From Holothuria leucospilota (lineage: Eukaryota), in assembly GCA_029531755.1 (NCBI GenBank), contig CM055977.1:30366229-30430228 (forward strand): a stretch of 64,000 nucleotides of DNA. The letters run 5' to 3'. Position 1 is the stretch's first letter, and every line of letters begins with the position of its first letter. The notes beneath the pieces were generated by a model. The model saw only the letters and a list, made by a program, of their open reading frames with translations, was not told where the DNA came from and searched no databases. Shown here piece by piece: positions 53,028-64,000 of this stretch. The position numbers were made by a program, and so were the translations under genes.

Positions 53028-53170
53028 GGAGCAGAATAAGAGGAGCTGTTTCTAGAGTGAAATTTGATGAGTTTCACCGTCATTCTATGAAATTGCTACA
53101 AGCAGCTGTATTTGGAGTTGATGAAAAAGGTGTTGTGAAATCAAGGCTGAAATTTGAAGCCAACAAACTG
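53028..53170 (+). CDS. MVP: MVP exon (GSRIRGAVSRVKFDEFHRHSMKLLQAAVFGVDEKGVVKSRLKFEANKL)
   Basis: Acceptor 'ttattttcag' and donor 'gtgaga'. Matches MVP [31 protein letters not shown]. Follows a 7-kb intron holding the foldback element and a SINE. Confidence 0.88.
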
Positions 53171-53895
53171 GTGAGATATTTACATAGAATGACTTAGTTT
53201 GACAAAGTTGATTGGTAATTTTAGACTCTCAGTCTTGTTACTAGCAGTATGAAGGTGTATGAAGGTATGCTACAGGATTTCCAGCCATTCTTGAAACCTG
53301 AAACATGAGTTTCCTTTCTTTCAGTCAGGGAAAAGGTGAGGAAATTTGAGAAAAGTGCCTCAAATCAGGATATAAAGAATTTAATGGCCCAAAAGACAAA
53401 TTGTTTAAAAATTTTGTCTCATGTCAAACAATATACATGATTACTATGGTTGCTTTTCAGACTTGTCAACCTGGAAATAAGTTGAAATAATTATCCTGTA
53501 AGTTTTGAAATTTATTAAGGAAAACTCCAGAAGATCCAGGGTAAAAAAAATTGGTTGAAAAATAAAGGAAGAAAAACATAAGCCATCAATGTGAGAACAT
53601 GGTATCACCCTTTTCTCCTTCAGTTTACTTGTGGCGGATGAATCTGATAACTTCAGCTGCTTGCATCTCAAGAACGGAATGTAGGAATTGAATGAAAATT
53701 CCAACAGAATGCTCAATCAAGTTCTTCTGTAACATTTCCAAAAAAAAAAATGTCCAGACTTTCTTTAAATATTGTTCAGTTTCTCCTTTGGTATTATGGT
53801 GAAAAAAAACCCTCTGTCTTCCTGTATCTGTCTGAAATATCACACTGATGAAATATTGTATAGTCCCTTAAGTTTTTTTCATTTTATATGCACAG

Positions 53896-53996
53896 GTCAT
53901 CACCAACATTGATATCCAGTCTGTTGAACCAGTGGATCAAACCATGAGGGACAGTCTCCTTAAATCTGTCCAGATGGCCATAGAAATTGCCACCAA
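53896..53996 (+). CDS. MVP: MVP exon ([33 protein letters not shown])
   Basis: Acceptor 'tatatgcacag' and donor 'gtaaga'. Matches [36 protein letters not shown]. Confidence 0.9.
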
Positions 53997-54239
53997 GTAA
54001 GACTCTCATTAATAGGGAATACATAAACCCAATTCGTTCTATACTTTGAAACATTGGAGTTAAACTTACAAACCTCTTCCTGTTTTCTATTTCAAGAATC
54101 TTTCATGTTTCAAAACATTTATAGTTCATTTTAAACTTAAACCAAGGAGATATCTGCATAGTAATAACATGTTAGTGATAAAAATATTGTCACATGATTA
54201 AAAGAGCCATGAACCAGACCTGCGTGTACTAATTAAAGA

Positions 54240-54577
54240 GGATATGTCATCTCCCCAAACCAGGGAGTTGCCAGTAACTCCCTGCCTAAACATATTAAGG
54301 AATAGCCCTGGAGTTCTAAGTACAGTTGATGATTGCACTTTGATTGACATTCATACAGGCAATATAGCTTCACTCTGATTGGTTAACAGTGACTTGTTTC
54401 ATCACTTGTGCTCCCACTTAAGCTAATACACCGTAACTGTGTGTCAACATATACGGCCTCAAGCAAATTGAATTCAGTGCAGGCTGAGTACTGTGCCTCT
54501 GTCTTGGAGGTGTACTAGGCAGGTGTTTTTGTTTAAATTGGAGGAGGGACTAAAAGTAAACTTAGTAGGGAAAATTT
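54240..54577 (+). repeat. Dispersed repeat of about 330 bp, copy 2
   Basis: See copy 1. Same orientation. Both copies lie in MVP introns. Confidence 0.7.
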
Positions 54578-55036
54578 TATTGTCTGGGTTGAGATTAGAA
54601 AGCCTTTAAAATTGAGATAAATGCATTTGCTTTAAACTTGAGATGAATGCATTTGCCCTTTATAGAGAACTATTCTCACAGCCCCAGGGTACCCCCATGA
54701 AGCCAGAGGAGCAGATGCAAAATCTTTCCTCTCCTGCACAGGTTTCCCAGCCATCCTGGAAATCAAGGAAAACATAGAAAATTGTTTTCCCTATTTCCTT
54801 TAAAAGTCAGGAAATTTCAGAAAAATTACCTCGAAATAGGGAAATGTCAGGGAATATGATTAAACCCAAAAGAGAAAGTGGTTTAGTGTGAATGTGAATA
54901 TGCAGTAGTGGCTTGAGTCATGTTAAGTTTTCTCTGAGGTGTGACATTAAGGAAAACAGGCAATTTACATGAAGTTTCTGGGAGGCAAGTTCTTAAATCT
55001 GTATTATTGTAATGACTCACTCTTCACCCGTCACAG

Positions 55037-55217
55037 ATCAGTGGAGAGAACTGCTGGACATGAAGCAGCTCGTAAAGAGCAAGAGGCAAGAGGCCATCTT
55101 GAGAGGCAGAAACTGATTAACCAGAAGGAGTCAGAGAAGGCAAGGAGTGTCCTGTATGAGTTGAGGGCCCAGACTTCAGCAGTGGAGTCTACAGGTCAGG
55201 CCAAGGCTGAAGCCCAG
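55037..55217 (+). CDS. MVP: MVP exon ([61 protein letters not shown])
   Basis: Acceptor 'ccgtcacag' and donor 'gtactt'. Matches the MVP coiled-coil cap-helix region [57 protein letters not shown]. Confidence 0.9.
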
Positions 55218-56168
55218 GTACTTAAAGCTATGGGTATCAAGTGTAATTCATGCAGTGGTATCCATTTGTATATAGGGTTGTGTGTCTGTTTGTAAAATAA
55301 CAAAGTTTGTATTTCACAAGATGTGAAAATCACTGTGTGTGAAAGTCTTGTCATTAAAGTTGAAAGAAGACAGTAGATGTCATAGGTCATTTTTGTTGGA
55401 CTCAAAAATCAGATGTAATGTCTTCGTACATTTCTGAGCAGTTCAGGAGATCTCATGATGCTGTCAAGCCCAGTACTAATCCTTCTGTCACCATTGTAAA
55501 GGTTGGCATAGATGAGTTAACACCAAGTGGTTTTATCCTCTTAATGAAGCAGATTTACTTACGTTCTTCCTACACTAAGGAACTTCCCCTGAAAAACCCA
55601 GCAGCAGGATTTTCAGGATATCGTCACCTGGCCAACCTTTTGTTCAGTTAGAAGTACATAATCACAGATGAGAGAGATGATTGTTTGCTAGTTGCAATCT
55701 TTACCCCAGAAACCCCTGACAAGAGGAACCCCTAAGAAAATTAGTTTCAGGTTTTAAAGTGGCATGTTGAGGGATCATCCATTTTTTTGTCATAATATTT
55801 ACAAGATTGCAAAAGGTATGTAGGAGGAGTGGGGAAATTGGGAGGCAAAGACTATGTATGCTTTTCAAATTGTATCAGTTGACAATATTTTTAGCCATAC
55901 AATATCTTTACACAGTTTAAAAAGGTATGCTCTGGGAGGGGTCTGAAGACAAAGTATGTTTGGAACTCTTTTGAAAATGATGAAATGATGAAAAAATTGG
56001 GTGACCCCTTAGAATTACATTTTGAATCAGAGTGTGTTAGCTCCAGAAAGTGCTTTGATTTACGCTATTGTATATTTACTGTTATTAAGTAAGTGAAAAT
56101 TTCAGTGTGTGATCAAAAATTGTGAAGAAGAAACTTCACAAAATTAAAGATGTAATATTTTGCTTTAG

Positions 56169-56360
56169 GCACAAGCAGAAAAACTCTTGATTGAAGGACA
56201 AAGCAGTATTGAAGCAGCAACACTTAAACAAGAAGCAGAGAACATCACTCACTCCACTGAACTTGAGATTCAGACAATGCTGAGAGATGCAGAGCTATCA
56301 TACCAGTCGGAGCAGGACAAACTAGAGATCAGTATGAAGAAGCAACTGGCTGATATAGAG
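56169..56360 (+). CDS. MVP: MVP exon (AQAEKLLIEGQSSIEAATLKQEAENITHSTELEIQTMLRDAELSYQSEQDKLEISMKKQLADIE)
   Basis: Acceptor 'tgctttag' and donor 'gtaacg'. Matches the MVP cap helix ...[58 protein letters not shown]. Confidence 0.88.
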
Positions 56361-56704
56361 GTAACGAACTTGATGGTGATATGGATGCTCTGAACTTAAA
56401 AATATTATAGAATACTGAACTTGACTGTGATATGGATGTACCAAACTTAGAAGTAATAAGTTGTGTACTTGAAAAATATGAGTTTTACCCACAAAAACTG
56501 CAAACTAGTTGGAAGCAGTTATAAGTTACGAAGGGTTAGGAAAAGAAAAGCTTACAATGTACAACACTTTGTATCATTTATATTTTGGTGTAGGAAATGA
56601 GCTATTTCAGAAATCCTCAAAGTTTGAAAAGGTATATCTTGAGAGCAGTGGAAGATATACTGAAATAATTCCCACAGATGTTTCATTACCTGTTGAGAAA
56701 TCTG

Positions 56705-56985
56705 GACCAGACAATTCCTCCCAGGGCAATTGCGGACAACTGCTCCGGGACAATTAGCCCCTGGATAATTCCCACTGCAGACAATACTTCCTGGACAAGT
56801 CCCACCCATGAAAATTGCCTCTCAGACAATTCCACCACACCAGAAAATTTGGAATTGTTCTGGGCAGGAATTGTGTGGGGATAATTATCTGGGGTGAGAA
56901 TTGCCCGGGGACAAATTGTCTCAGGGGAGTTGTCCAGGGGAAATTGTCTGGGGGGAATTGTCGAAGGGGGGGGGATTGTTTAGGA
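56705..56985. repeat. Dyad-symmetric minisatellite: about 9 copies of '(c)c.ggGACAATT' followed by about 8 copies of 'AATTGTCc.gggg' (a hairpin of about 280 bp)
   Basis: The left half carries 'gacaatt' at 56711, 56750, 56780, 56826 and other positions. The right half carries 'aattgtc' at 56855, 56915, 56943 and 56957. The centre is near 56850. This accounts for the overlapping six-frame ORFs on both strands at 56552-57033. Confidence 0.8.
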
Positions 56986-57485
56986 ACAGTGAGTAACAAC
57001 AACTCCCTGTGGCTGCATGTCGCCATACCATAAACAATGGTACAGAGGTACTAAACTTGGATGTAATAATTCTGAACTTTCTGATGACATGGAGGCACTG
57101 AACTTCAAAAAGTGATGTACATAAGTAAAATTTTATTCTGAATAGTCATAAAACTGCACATTTACTTTTATTTTTGGTAATAAAATTAACTTAGTACTTA
57201 CTATCATATCTAGAAATTTGATAAGTTTCAATATCTTTTGTCCTATGTTTAGTGACAACGTTTACGTCACAGGGTAGAAAGAATAATCAATTTTCGGTAA
57301 AAAATTTAGGTTGTGTGTGCAATGCAACTCAGATGCTCCAAACAGAAAAGTAATGTTTCCATTGTCTTCTCAAAAGATATTATATTATTGAAGCACATGA
57401 AGCAAAGTGTATGGTAGAATCCTCGGAAATTTTGGCTGTTTTGTTCGTGGGTATTTTTTAGTGTAATTTTGTGATTTCTTTCTAG

Positions 57486-57566
57486 GTTGAAAAGTTTGCA
57501 TCAATGGTGGACACTATCGGTACTGATACTATCACCAAAATTGCAAATGCTGGACCAGAATCAAAG
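57486..57566 (+). CDS. MVP: MVP exon (VEKFASMVDTIGTDTITKIANAGPESK)
   Basis: Acceptor 'ttctttctag' and donor 'gtaagg'. Matches MVP [27 protein letters not shown]. Confidence 0.88.
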
Positions 57567-58658
57567 GTAAGGCTATCATTAGACTGGACTGGTAAAGCCA
57601 TCAGCTGTAGTACAGACCCAATTCATGTAACATCGTATTTTGTTAAGACAGTCATGTAGAAGGCACACATGGGGAGCTTGTATGTGTTTTACAGGTTAAA
57701 CTTACATAGCAGTGAGTATAAATGGTATGTTGTATGAGCATCAGTGCCACCACTGCGATTTATTGGTAACTTTGTGTATGTGTGTAAATCTGCGTCTTGT
57801 TTATTCCCCCAAGATGGCGGCTTTTTTACATTGCTACCGCAAAAGTGACCTAGGTGGAATCAGTCTGTTTTGAATAGAAAAATACTGTTTATGTGCATTA
57901 TGCCTGTTTACATTAGCTTTCAATAAGAAATAGTTCCTGTTATTCATCTGGATACCAATCTCTGTTCTATTTACTCTGAAGTCATGGTTATTTCAGGATG
58001 TCTCACAAATTTCAACTCTAAACTTTTGACTAGATTGACTTGAAGTATTGGTACACATGTGGCCTTTCTTCCGTGTTTTCAGCCGCATCCATCCACTCTC
58101 ACCCCTCCCCCCTGGCTCACAGCTCTACCCCTCTCTGGATCCCTGTCCTTTTCTTCCTCCTCCCCCTTCTAAAAAAGAAATGAAAGAGTTATATAAAGGT
58201 AATTTCTTTTCTGGTACTTAACTCTTTCTACCTTCCCAGCAGACATAGGTAGAAATCCAGGGGGGCATGGGAGGGATATATTCCCCTCCACCTTCCACTT
58301 TCCAACAGTGCCCCCATTTCAAATTTTCCTAAAGTAAATTTTTTTTCAAAGGCTCTTTATTCATTGACTTTTTCACACAAATCTCCTCCATAACCATTCT
58401 TTTGTCTGCATGTACTCAACGTCAAAACTTTACTCAGCACAAAGGAAAGAGTACAACAATTTCTAAACGTTTGCTCCATACCCATGGGTGGAAAAAATCA
58501 GGAATCTGGGGAGCTCCTTGCCAGGAAATTTTGGAATTTGGAGGGACATTTTTCTTTTTTGTACAGGAAATTTCAATAAAGAAATTGTGGGAAATTTGAC
58601 TTGCTATCCTGGAAATACACATTTTTCCAACCCTGCCTACACCCTTTTTATTTTGCAG

Positions 58659-58766
58659 GTGAAACTTCTCCAAAGTCTTGGAATTGAAACAACTCTCATT
58701 ACCGATGGCAACTCACCTATCAACTTATTCAACACCAGTGAAGGTTTAGTTGCAGGTTCCAAGTGA
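58659..58766 (+). CDS. MVP: MVP terminal coding exon ([35 protein letters not shown], stop TGA 58764-58766)
   Basis: Acceptor 'ttattttgcag'. Matches the MVP C-terminus [32 protein letters not shown]. In-frame TGA stop. Confidence 0.9.
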   Translation: MKLLQSLGIETTLITDGNSPINLFNTSEGLVAGSK

Positions 58767-58976
58767 ATTAGTTAATCATTTTAAATTATGCTCAATGCAG
58801 TTTTATGAGTAAACTTAAAAACATTTTCTTCTTTGACCAGCTTAGTTCATTTCTTGTTTGGTGACATTAGGTGTATATTTCAAAAGTGGGATAGAATTGA
58901 CTTCATTTTTGGTGGATTGATTTTGGAATGTTTTACTCAGTGCAAATGAAACAAAGAAAATGATACACATTAAGGA

Positions 58977-58982
58977 AATAAA
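58977..58982 (+). promoter_or_regulatory. Candidate MVP polyadenylation signal (AATAAA)
   Basis: First AATAAA hexamer, about 210 nt downstream of the MVP stop codon. No transcript evidence. Confidence 0.25.
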
Positions 58983-60159
58983 ACAAAGAAACTAGCCAGA
59001 CAATGTTTGGATAAAAATGAAGGATTTGTCTCCGGTGAATTTATATCAAACAACTTTTAATAGGACTGGAGAAATGTATTTTTCAAGTCATGTTGAGGCT
59101 TAGAAGAAGTAGGATTTAAGAGTTGTGAAATAAGCCAATGAAAATCTATTTTCATAATACTTTCAGAAAAAGAAATATGTAATATATTTCTCTCAGAGAA
59201 ACTTTGTCCAAAGTTTTTGAGATGTCTTTTATGGAGAATAGGTTTACTCTCAAGTTAAAAAAAAATAGATTTTGAAGTGCACAGATGGGTAGTCTCATGC
59301 CTCCAAGTTGGAGCTGAACATAGACTATGGCTGTTGATATCATTGTTTTAGCCAGAAACAGAACAAAAAAGAGTCGTAATGTTAAGATTACACTCTCTGA
59401 ATCATATAAAAATATTTTTTGTGTTGTCAGTGATTTAAATTGTAGAACAAATGTTATTTCAAGAGAGTATTTATCTTGTTACAAGAATATGTACAGAGTG
59501 ATGCAGTATAGTGTAGATAAGCTTCTTTAGTTTTACAAATTATATTACGTATGTCTTTCATTGTATGTCTCTTCATCGTAATAAAAGACTAAACAAGCAC
59601 AAATATAATTTGTGCATATACAGTGCCTATATTTTGTAAAAAAATTTCCTACAATGTCGTGTAGATATGGGGTTTACATTTAAAATTATTTTTGGACATT
59701 TGGTTGGTACAAATTTTTATGATGAAATCTTGGGTAGACAAAAGTATGAATGTGGTACCTCTTATGAATTCATGTTCTCAAGCTTCGTATATTATCACTG
59801 AAAATGTGCTTAAATTAGGCTTGGATGTGGGTGGAGACTTAGCCTGCTCAAGGCCCTCTGTATTTGCAGACTTAAAAAACCCATCATAAAGCTGAATTTG
59901 AATTAATACTTTTTTATAGTAATTTGACTGAAATTTGTGAGGTCAAAGCATGGTTTGGCATGTTTTATCAGTCGATAATAAATCACAACGGTAATCTTCG
60001 ATGATTGACAGGAAGAGGTTGGTCTCCAGACTCTAACCCAGTTGTTCATCTTATGACAGGAATACATGGTCACCCAGATCTTATTTTACAAGATGTTACA
60101 AATCTCCTACTAGTTCTGTTAAAAGTATCTGTGATGTTTCAAAACAGGGACTGTTGTCT

Positions 60160-60370
60160 GATTCGATGTCTCTTTGTTCCGACTTCTCTATATTCTGACA
60201 AGTCTAGGTTGAGCTGTCAGTGTTAGGATAAGGGTTAGATTCTAACCTAGGTTAGGTTCTATCCTATTCCTTATCCTAACACTGACCTTCATGACTTGTA
60301 AGTTAATTGTCGGAATATAGAGACGTTGGAACAAAGGGATGTCAGAATATAGAGTTATAACCTCTCAACA
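60160..60370. repeat. Nested inverted repeat / MITE-like hairpin
   Basis: Inner pair 'cagtgttaggataagg' / 'ccttatcctaacactgac'. Outer pair 'ttgttccgacttctctatattctgaca' against 'tgtcagaatatagag...tcggaatatagagacgttggaacaa'. Confidence 0.6.
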
Positions 60371-63329
60371 CATAAGTATGTATGTTACAGGTAGACCAAG
60401 GAGTAATTCTTGCAGGAATTAGGATACTGTGGTACACTACTTCAAATTGAGGTATAAAGTCTGCATATACACCTATGTGTGGTATCAGAGTATGTGCATC
60501 TGTGAGAAACTGTCATTACTAGAAGAGGGTCAGCAGCAAGTACAACTCCAGACACATTTTAAAATAACATGGACTTGTCATCAGTGATTGTGCTTTAATT
60601 TTTGAAGTCTCTGTGTATTAAACATAACATATTATTTATCTGTGAGGGGCCACCATTATGAGATATGATGGGGGAGGGGTTGAAGGCTGAGTGACTTTGC
60701 AAACATTTGTGAACATAATTTGCAGAATATCATTCATTCAAGAAAGTTTAAGGATCCTATTTTCTAATGGGTAAAAGTCTTTACATTCTGGTTTAAGTAG
60801 TGGTTGATGTGGTCTTTTGTCTCAAAATTATGACATTTCAGCTTAATTTGAAACTTCAGTTAGAGAAGTCAATCAGAAAAGACCCCTTTGGTTTTGTAAG
60901 GATGTCCATCCATGTCCATATGCTAGTGGTATACCATACATACCAGTTCTTAGTGCATTTAAAGTGAATAAGCAGTCATCCCAAACTTGACACATGAACT
61001 AAATATTGAAAATCTCATCTTATTTCTATTGCAAGCATCTTTCATAATGTGTCAGAACATTAATGTGGCATTCTCAAGGTAGACAAAAGGGTTTATTTTG
61101 CATAAATTTAAAAATTTAGTTACTAGATTGCTGTCATATGATTTTAAAGAGCCATTTACTATAATTAGGATACCAGGGTATTTTAATTCAATTTGAGGAG
61201 ACTGCATTTCTTCTTAACTGCCTGAGTGGTTCCCCACCCCAGGTTTAGTGATACCTCACCATGGCTATGGCTTCGAAGTGTTTTCTTCATTTTCTATTTG
61301 TATAGGATGTACCTTAATTGTGCTTAGTGATTCTGCCGTAGTTTGAATTTTAACTCTCCATCATGTACTGTAGGCTATTTCATGGGTTTGACCAATCATA
61401 TTGCATCTAAGTAAGAGATAGTACACTAGTCAGTGAAGATAGTTGAAATGACTAAATTCATGTTAAAAATAGACCAATAAATCAGTTAATGAACTTTGAA
61501 ATTACAAATTTTTTGATGTGAAAGAATCATATAATAATGTATTAATAAAGTATATTGGTAAAAGTTATTCTGTGGTACTGTTTTATGTCACATATCATAT
61601 TAGTGGTTTATTGAGGGATCCTATTCAACTACCTAAATGGACCAAAAAAAATATTCACTAAGGCTGCTCTTGCATAACTCCAAACATATAAGGAACTTCC
61701 TTGGTATCTACATTCACACTGGTGACTGTCTGCACTTTTGTTGACTTAAATTCAAAATATAGCATGAAATATAAGTACTCTGATTGGCCGATGACTTTTG
61801 AAGATCAGGTTGTGACACAGTATAGCCCATTGCATAGCAGACAGATCAAAGGTCACCACATTACAGGAAAATCACACACATACAGCAGTGTACTGCAGTG
61901 TAAGCAGCAGTGTGGCCTACAGCAGTTAAACTCAACGCAAGCTGCTTTGTCTGGGAGATGCAGTAGACATATTTTGTAATCTGAGGGGTTGAAAGTAGCC
62001 TAGACCCACATAGGGTTGGGGTGGGAGCCATTTGGAGATCCTTGGCCCCCTAACCGTACCTTGTGTATGTGAACTTCATGCCAGTAAAATTTGTGTTTTG
62101 GGGGAATATCCCCTTTCCCCTGGGCTAAATCTGGAGGATGACTTTCCCTTGGTGAATAATGTGCACAACCACTTCTTCAACTTGGGAGAATTTCTCTCAT
62201 TGTGTAAGTTCAGGATACTAGCCTTCAAGGATAATCCAAATCCAGTGTTGTAACAAGTCATGACTCCAGTTACTAATTTTCAAAAGGGAAATGACTTGAG
62301 GAATTGCATCATAATTTTCCTCATAGAAATAATACAATGACTTGAGTCACTGATTCGACTCGAGTCACATTGAAAGTAGCAAATGACACGACTCGACTGC
62401 AAAATTGAGTGACTCATTCATTACAACACTGTCCAAATCTACCAGTAAGAGCGAATAGGTGCTGTAGTGCTGGGGTAAATCATTAGCCTAGCTGAAACTG
62501 AATATGACTCAGACTGTTGCTGTCAGGAGGGAAACCAGGGAGAGCTCAACTTGAACAAGGGTCTTCCCCCCTTCCCACATATGGTTGAAGACTTTAAAAA
62601 ATGAAAGCCCCATTTATTGCCCCAGATTATGGTGGTGGCCTCTGAACCAAGGAAATTGTATTGGGAGGATAATCTTTCCCAATTTTTTCTGGGGGAAGTC
62701 CTATATGTGGACCCCATCCCCAATGCCTTTTGGCACTGAAATTCAAGGGTTTAGATCATGAGTGAGCCTCTTGGTCTATGCCTTTTCCTAAAACTATATC
62801 CTGTATGCAATAGTTGGAAAATGTCATTTGAACCAAGAAAAATACTAAAGAAAAGGAAGTGGATGGAAAGCTGGTAAAGAAGCCAGGAAGTTTATTTTGT
62901 GGAGAAGGCATTTGATGTGTTTGAATATTTCACCTGCATAGGAATCACTTAACAACAATAAATCACTATGTGCAAGTATAAATTTACCAAAGCTTAACAT
63001 TTGTAGTGAAGATTGACATCTCATTGATATGTGCAGATCAATGAAATGTTACTACAGTTGGCATTGCACAGAAACAGGTTTTCTCAGCAGACCATGGCCT
63101 TAAGCAAGGGATCAATGGTGTAAATATGCCAGAAAAATTTGTGTGGTGGGCTTCAAGGACATGAGGCTCTAACCACTTGACCATGCAGTCAGTTTGGGGA
63201 CTTCTGGAGGTGAAATACTTCATGGGGGGGGGGGGGGGGAAGGCAGGCTACACAACTGCCAGGGATAGATATTTTTACACTGGAGGCAGAGCTGAAGTTA
63301 ACTTTGTTTTTGGGGATGTCCCCTTGACT

Positions 63330-63592
63330 ACCGTTAAGCTAGAGATGACTTCCCAAGATCGTCATCTGAGGTCACCAAGGGTCAAAAAGCAAAATTTCCC
63401 AAGAATTCCCAAGATTTTTATATGGGGTCACCAGAGGTCAAAAAGCAAGAATTCCCAAGAACATCATCTGGGGTCACTAAAGGTCAAAAAGCAAATCTTC
63501 AAGAAAGATAAATTTGAGGGGTAAACCTCAGTCCAACAAAGCCTACCCATTCGGCAAGGAATCACTAAGCCTTGAGGCTTTCTGGTATTTCA
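63330..63592 (+). mobile_element. Truncated copy D of the right end of element C (57-bp subrepeats plus right terminus)
   Basis: '...cccaagatcgtcatctgaggtcaccaagggtcaaaaagcaaaatttcccaagaattcccaag...cccattcggcaaggaatcactaagccttgaggctttctggt' matches 42700-43090. Confidence 0.7.
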
Positions 63593-64000
63593 AGAAATGA
63601 TTACAATTAAATTAAAAAAAAAATGTCATACAATTAAATTTAAAAAAAAATGTCATGTGATATCAAAGGAATGTTTAATGTACACGTTACCCTTCTGGAT
63701 TTTGCCTGAAGTTTTATTGATTATGAATTTCACAAATTTTGTACAATCGAGTAGAAAGACACAATAGCCAAGTGTTTAATTTTATCCATTTTAATAAATC
63801 AAAAATGTTGAAATAATAGTTAAAAATTTAGTAATAATCGATTTTGCAAATTACAACAAATAATGATGAAATAAATTTTGTTTTAATTTTGAAATAAACA
63901 TAAAAAGGCCAAAAAGGTAAAAATTGTATGCAAAAATTGCTTCCTTTTTCCTTAATAAATTAAATAAGGCGCTCTTCTGGTGGCTTTTCAACGACTGAGC

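Overview
This window is eukaryotic (metazoan) nuclear DNA, not prokaryotic. I base that on: GT-AG introns with polypyrimidine tracts; microsatellites (CCT)n, (TG)n and (AT)n; tRNA-derived SINEs with target-site duplications; a LINE reverse-transcriptase tail; and DNA transposons. There are no CRISPR arrays, rRNA genes or operons.

- **Main gene.** A multi-exon gene for the major vault protein (MVP) lies on the + strand from about 17.9 kb to 58.8 kb. I can place 24 coding exons, totalling 2514 nt in one consistent frame; the N-terminal exon or exons are unresolved. Its introns are packed with repeats.
- **Upstream element.** At about 5.65-10.26 kb is a 4.6-kb Mutator-like (MULE) DNA transposon on the - strand. 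It has roughly 130-bp terminal inverted repeats built from the 13-mer CCAGTTCGCCCCC, a subterminal 151-bp tandem array, and a transposase reading frame with PHD and FLYWCH zinc fingers that is broken by frameshifts. It abuts a CR1/L2-like LINE 3' fragment.
- **Inside MVP introns.**
  - Three composite elements, each a conserved head, a (TG)n tract, a tandem array of about 150-bp monomers and a conserved tail (one bounded by 'gattccttgccgaa' inverted repeats), plus a fourth truncated copy downstream of the gene.
  - A 4-kb foldback element whose roughly 2-kb inverted arms are built from about 180-bp tandem units, with an (AT)~70 tract.
  - Two tRNA-derived SINEs with different tRNA-like heads but the same body.
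  - Several MITE-like elements and a dyad-symmetric 'GACAATT' minisatellite.
- **Source organism.** The base composition (AT-rich by eye), the satellite-carrying 'pearl'-like elements and the presence of MVP suggest a marine invertebrate such as a bivalve mollusc, an echinoderm or a cephalochordate. I cannot confirm this from sequence alone.

All coordinates are from manual reading and may be off by a few nucleotides.
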